From Archangium sp. (GTDB taxonomy: Bacteria; Myxococcota; Myxococcia; Myxococcales; Myxococcaceae): a stretch of DNA of 27,227 bases. Of this stretch, positions 23,301-27,227 are shown piece after piece. Positions within the stretch are counted from its first letter, which is position 1; each line of letters starts with the position of its first letter. The notes under the pieces are model-generated. The model was not told the DNA's origin. It saw nothing but the letters and a program-made list of their open reading frames with translations, and searched no databases. Where the stretch lies: the NCBI GenBank assembly GCA_031367385.1, contig JANLPS010000246.1, positions 1 to 27,227 on the forward strand. The letters run 5' to 3'. Position numbers and translations under genes: made by a program.

Positions 23301-25385
23301 CTACGGGCCGGCTCGGCGGGTCGCTCCGAAGCCATCGGCGGAGGGCCAGCCGGAGCTCGAGAGCGGCAGGGCGTTGAGCTCATAGGCCTGCAGCACGGCG
23401 GCACCGGGGCCTCGGTCGTCGAGCACGAATAGGCGCGAGCCGGTGAAGAGCGCGCCTCGAACGCTGACGACGCGGTCGGGCAACGGGCAGAACGCCAGCG
23501 GTTGCCCTTCGACGAGAATCGCCAGGCCCGCGTTGGTGACGCCGGCGTCGAGCGCTCCGTGCACGAAGGTCGCCACCGAACCGGTCACGCCGCCCAGCAA
23601 GACAGTCTCTTCGAAGGTCGCGTTCACGCCGCCCGGCAACAGCTGCACCTCGGAGCGAAACGCGCCGGTGAACGCGTCGAAGCGCCGCAGGTAGGAGGCC
23701 TTGTCGGCGTCGAGGCAGCTCATCAGCGGGTCGACGCAGCGACGGTAGATCACCACGCCGGTGCCGAAGCCCACCAGCGCGCTTCGGTCATCGGGTACCG
23801 GTGGCACGCCCGCGTCGGTCGACCACTCGAGGGAGATCAACTCGACTCCACCGTCATCGAGTGAGCGCAGCAGGTGCGAGAGGCCGGCCATCGCGACCCC
23901 GTTCGCGGTCAACAGCGAATTCGCCGCGCCACCCCCATCGAGCCTGACGACCCCTGCGTCGCCCTGCAGCAAGACGGTGCCGGTGGCCGGGTCGTACCCC
24001 AGCAGACCATCGAGCTCATCGATGGCGATGATCTTCACCGAGAACCCGGGCTGTGCCAGCAGCTGCACGCCGGCGTCTGACCAGGCGATGATGCGAGCGC
24101 CTCCGTCGTCTTCGGGCAGGGCCACCAACACCGTGCCATCGGCCAGCGCGGCCACCGAGCGCGGAGAAGCGACTGCGAGGGGCGTCGGGAGCACGTTCAC
24201 CAACGCACCGGTGTTGAGCGAGCGCCACTCGAGGCCCCCGTCGGCGATGAAGACGACCCCGGCGCTGCTCACGTGCACCAACCTGCGAAGCGCTCCGTCA
24301 TCGAAGGGCGCGGTGAAGCGCTCGAAGCCGCTGCGGGTATACGAGCTGAGCCCACAGCCCCCACGCATCACGACGCTCGCGTCGAGACCGCCATCGTCTT
24401 CTCCAACGCCCGCGTCGACCGGCAGCTCGCACACCTCGAAGAAGACCCCGTTGGCGCCCGAGAGCAACGAAGGCTTGTCAGCCACCGGTGACCCGCTGAC
24501 CGACGCCGTCCACGCGGGAAGCCAGGGCCCCGCATCGGCCCGCTCGCATCGCTGGTTGTGACAGAACCCCTCGCCCAGACAGGCCACCGCTGGGCCACAT
24601 TGAACGCCCTCAGGTGTTGGGCTGGTCTTGCACGCGCCCGCCACGCAGAGGCTCACCGTGATGCAATTCACCGGGCCGCAGGGCGTCAGGTCGGCCGCGT
24701 CGACCTCGAGGCACCCCTTCTTCGAATCGCAGATGGGCACGTGGCACGGGTTGCTCAGCGGAGGGCACGCCTTCTGCGTGTTGACGCACCCGCTTTTCAA
24801 GTCGCACGCGTCTTTGGTGCAGGGGTCGGCGTCGTCACAGCTCCGAGAGATGCCCAGGCACTCACCGCTGCGACAGCGGCCCTTCTCGAGACACACGCTG
24901 GTCGGCTCGCATTCGGTGTCGTCGGGCTTGAGCGACTCGACGCATTGGTCTTGCTCGAGCACGTAGCGCGAGACCTGGCAGGTGCCCGAGGGCACGCACA
25001 GCGGGGGCCTCACGCCGACGCCCTTGACCGGTACTCGCACCTCTTTGCCGTTGGCCTGCAGCACGATTTCGGCCGCAGCCGGGCCATTGCCGGCGTGAAA
25101 CACCACCGGCACGTTCACCTGACCGCCGCCTTCGATGTCGACGCTGGGCTGCACCTCGAAGGGCGCCGCCACCGTCATCGACACCGTCACCGCGATGCGG
25201 GTCTCGGCGGTGAGCGAGAGCGGCAAGGTCGCGCTTTGCTTTTCGAGCACCCGGCCGAAGTCGAGCGACTGCGTCTCACCCGCGACCCGAAACCCCGGAG
25301 TGACACCGCCGATGTCGTTGCGGCACGTACACGAGCCCGCGGCCAACGCGAACGCTAGGGTGAGCAGTCGTCGCACGGGTCGCAC
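23301..25385 (-). CDS. Cys-rich surface lipoprotein: Ig-like domain, disulfide-rich repeats, probable beta-propeller (694 aa)
   Basis: GTG start. Lipobox-like AGSC(TC). LDFG.V...V.F...L...V.V.G.G Ig-like segment. About 23 Cys at 24546-24998, including CDDADPCTKDACD (Dictyostelium CTDC-type repeat). Confidence 0.8.
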   Translation of the reverse strand: MRPVRRLLTLAFALAAGSCTCRNDIGGVTPGFRVAGETQSLDFGRVLEKQSATLPLSLTAETRIAVTVSMTVAAPFEVQPSVDIEGGGQVNVPVVFHAGNGPAAAEIVLQANGKEVRVPVKGVGVRPPLCVPSGTCQVSRYVLEQDQCVESLKPDDTECEPTSVCLEKGRCRSGECLGISRSCDDADPCTKDACDLKSGCVNTQKACPPLSNPCHVPICDSKKGCLEVDAADLTPCGPVNCITVSLCVAGACKTSPTPEGVQCGPAVACLGEGFCHNQRCERADAGPWLPAWTASVSGSPVADKPSLLSGANGVFFEVCELPVDAGVGEDDGGLDASVVMRGGCGLSSYTRSGFERFTAPFDDGALRRLVHVSSAGVVFIADGGLEWRSLNTGALVNVLPTPLAVASPRSVAALADGTVLVALPEDDGGARIIAWSDAGVQLLAQPGFSVKIIAIDELDGLLGYDPATGTVLLQGDAGVVRLDGGGAANSLLTANGVAMAGLSHLLRSLDDGGVELISLEWSTDAGVPPVPDDRSALVGFGTGVVIYRRCVDPLMSCLDADKASYLRRFDAFTGAFRSEVQLLPGGVNATFEETVLLGGVTGSVATFVHGALDAGVTNAGLAILVEGQPLAFCPLPDRVVSVRGALFTGSRLFVLDDRGPGAAVLQAYELNALPLSSSGWPSADGFGATRRAGP

Positions 25386-25412
25386 CTTGCCACGGTCTCG
25401 GGCGGCTGCGGT

Positions 25413-25449
25413 GGGTGACGACTGACTCGACGGTGGGGTCGCGACTCAC
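25413..25449. repeat. Imperfect direct repeat, candidate activator (enhancer) sites
   Basis: GGGTGACGACTGAC (25413-25426) and GGGTCGCGACTCAC (25436-25449): 11/14 identical, 23-bp period. The second copy is itself palindromic (GTCGCGAC core). Confidence 0.4.
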
Positions 25450-25480
25450 CGGGTTCCGTGAAATCTCGCATGGGTACGGG

Positions 25481-25496
25481 CGGTCTCCCGATTGCT
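25481..25496 (+). promoter_or_regulatory. Putative sigma54 promoter
   Basis: CGGTCTCCCGATTGCT = GG-N10-GC with TTGCT. Predicted +1 near 25507, just before GTG 25510. Confidence 0.45.
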
Positions 25497-25509
25497 GAGT
25501 GTCAGCCCC

Positions 25510-26097
25510 GTGCCCTTGCCCTCATCGGTCTCTCGAACCAAACCCTGGCTGCAGTGGGTGTTCTTCGCCTGGGCCTCGGTGTGCGTGGTGGTGGTCAGCT
25601 TGTTGATGGCCAGCCACCTGCTGACCTTGCCGGTCCCCAAGGCCACGCCGCTGACTGTTCTCTCGGCGCGCGGGTCGGGCTGGCGCGTCGTTCACGTGGT
25701 GGCGAAGGCGTGTGGTTGCTCCCAGCGCGTGTTGGCGAGCCTGCTCGAGCGCGGGCCCACCACTGGTTTCGCCGAGCGGGTGCTCTTCATCGGAGACGAC
25801 CCGGCGACAGAGCAGCGCCTCCGCGCCACGGGCTTCGACTTCGAACGGGTCACCGCCGCGAGTCTCGAGGCAACCTACGACATTCGAGGGGCTCCGTTGC
25901 TGGTGGTGATCGACCCGCGCAACGAGGTCATCTACTCCGGCGGTTACTCGTCGACGCAAGGTGGCCCGCTTCGAGACGCGCTGGTGCTGGCTGAAGCGCG
26001 AGTCGGCCGCACGGTCGAACCGATGCCCTACTTCGGCTGTGCCGTCACACCCGCCCTTCAAAAACAACTCGACCCGCTGTCCCTCAAATACCCATGA
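25510..26097 (+). CDS. Membrane-anchored thioredoxin-fold-like protein with CGCS motif (RedB/DUF6436-like); start uncertain (TTG 25492 or GTG 25510)
   Basis: N-terminal TM (WVFFAWASVCVVVVSLLM), VHVVAKACGCS, GAPLLVVIDP...YSGGY and a C-terminal FGCAV. Confidence 0.7.
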   Translation: MPLPSSVSRTKPWLQWVFFAWASVCVVVVSLLMASHLLTLPVPKATPLTVLSARGSGWRVVHVVAKACGCSQRVLASLLERGPTTGFAERVLFIGDDPATEQRLRATGFDFERVTAASLEATYDIRGAPLLVVIDPRNEVIYSGGYSSTQGGPLRDALVLAEARVGRTVEPMPYFGCAVTPALQKQLDPLSLKYP

Positions 26098-27227
26098 ACC
26101 TCCTCGCGTACCTGACGCTCCCGCCCGAAGTCACCGCGTTCGAACGCCAGTACCTGCGGCGCGTCAACACCGTGGCGCTGTGGTTTTTCTTGGCCCACCC
26201 GCCAGTGTTGGCCGCGGTCGCATGGCTCGCCGGCACCAGCGTGCTTCAGGCCATGCTCTTCGGCTGCGTCGCCGTGGCGGGCCCCCTGCTGGCGTGGCGG
26301 GCCTTTGATTCGCCCCGCGTCGTCTCGTTGGTGTTCGGCTTCACCGCGATGAGCGTGGGCGCGTTGCTCGTGCACTTCGGCAAGGGCCCGATGCAAATCG
26401 AGATGCACTTCTATTTCTTCGTCTCGCTGGCGCTGCTGGCGGTGTTCGCGAACCCGATGGTGATTGTCGTCGCGGCGCTCACCGTGGTCGTGCACCACCT
26501 GGCGTTCTACTTCTTGTTGCCGACCAGCGTGTTCAACTACGAGGCTTCGGTCTGGGCGGTGGTGGTACACGCGGTGTTCGTGGTGGTCGAGTCGGTCGCC
26601 GGCTGCTTCGTGGCGCGCACCTTCTTCGACAACGTGGTGGGCCTCGAAAAAATCGTCTTCGCCCGCACCGAAGAGCTGCGCCACGAGACGGAGGCCCGCA
26701 AGAAGACCGAGGCGCTGGTCGCCGAGAACCGCGTGAAGAACGCCCGGGCGGCGGGTATGGCCGAGGTCGCGACCGGGGTGCTCCACAACGTCGGCAACGC
26801 GCTCAACAGCGTCAACGTGTCGGTCTCGATGGTCTCGGAGCGGCTGCGAGGCTCGAAGCTGGCCGGGCTCACCAAGGCCACCGCGATGATCAAAGCCCAG
26901 GGGCCCGGGTTGGCGAGCTTTCTGACCGAGAACCCGCAAGGCAAACGGCTGCCCGACTACCTCGAGAAGCTGGCCGTGCAGCTCGGCAATGACGAGCGCG
27001 CCATGCTCAACGAGGTCGCTGGCCTGCACGCCGGCGTCGCCCACATCACCGCCCTCGTCAGCGCCCAGCAGACCCTGGCAAAATCGGGCAACGCGGCCGA
27101 GACGACCGAGCAGGTCACCCCGCAGGTCATCGTCGAAGAAGCCATCGGGCTCGCGCTCTCGACCGCCACCAAAGGCACGCTCTCGGTCGTGACCCGCTTC
27201 GAGGCTGCTGCCCCGCTGATGCTCGAC
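26094..27227 (+). CDS. Membrane sensor histidine kinase, 3'-truncated by the window edge (absent from the ORF track)
   Basis: Hand translation from ATG 26094 (ATGA overlap) is open for 378 codons to the window end: MNLLAYLTLPPEV..., about 5-6 TM helices with IEMHFYFF, VVHH and VVHAVFVVVE, a coiled coil, then H-box AGMAEVATGVLHNVGNALNSV (His codon 26784-26786). Confidence 0.9.
   Translation, partial: MNLLAYLTLPPEVTAFERQYLRRVNTVALWFFLAHPPVLAAVAWLAGTSVLQAMLFGCVAVAGPLLAWRAFDSPRVVSLVFGFTAMSVGALLVHFGKGPMQIEMHFYFFVSLALLAVFANPMVIVVAALTVVVHHLAFYFLLPTSVFNYEASVWAVVVHAVFVVVESVAGCFVARTFFDNVVGLEKIVFARTEELRHETEARKKTEALVAENRVKNARAAGMAEVATGVLHNVGNALNSVNVSVSMVSERLRGSKLAGLTKATAMIKAQGPGLASFLTENPQGKRLPDYLEKLAVQLGNDERAMLNEVAGLHAGVAHITALVSAQQTLAKSGNAAETTEQVTPQVIVEEAIGLALSTATKGTLSVVTRFEAAAPLMLD

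Noticed and set aside
1..27227. CRISPR array, tRNA/rRNA, IS element or prophage
   Set aside because: No regularly spaced repeats, structural RNA signatures, transposase, integrase or phage genes were seen. Intergenic gaps are all short.

Overview
High-GC chromosomal window whose gene content points to a myxobacterium (Myxococcota, probably Myxococcaceae/Archangiaceae-like; inferred from Glt-type genes, DUF2378 and an MtsA-like protein). From left to right: (1) a 5'-truncated beta-propeller/di-heme c protein; (2) a small accessory insert with a vapBC toxin-antitoxin pair, a degenerate attC-like hairpin and a PilZ gene; (3) an MtsA-like di-heme lipoprotein, divergent from (4) a tightly coupled ~12.8 kb operon encoding a paralogue of the Glt/Nfs envelope-spanning machinery (GltF-, GltG-, single GltA/B/H-type barrel, GltC-, GltD-like, two lipoproteins, a large TPR protein) ending in a stand-alone FIST sensor; (5) ychJ-like, ndh, DUF2378, a lipoprotein and cydAB; (6) a Cys-rich lipoprotein full of D-[AG]-G motifs; (7) a thioredoxin-like membrane protein coupled to a His-rich membrane sensor kinase that runs off the window and is missing from the ORF track. 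The best candidate for an under-described system is the Glt-paralogue operon, which has no motor genes nearby, a His-less TonB-like anchor, a degenerate FHA domain and heme/redox genes on both sides. All family calls come from motif recognition by eye; no searches were run. No rRNA, tRNA, CRISPR array or transposase was seen.
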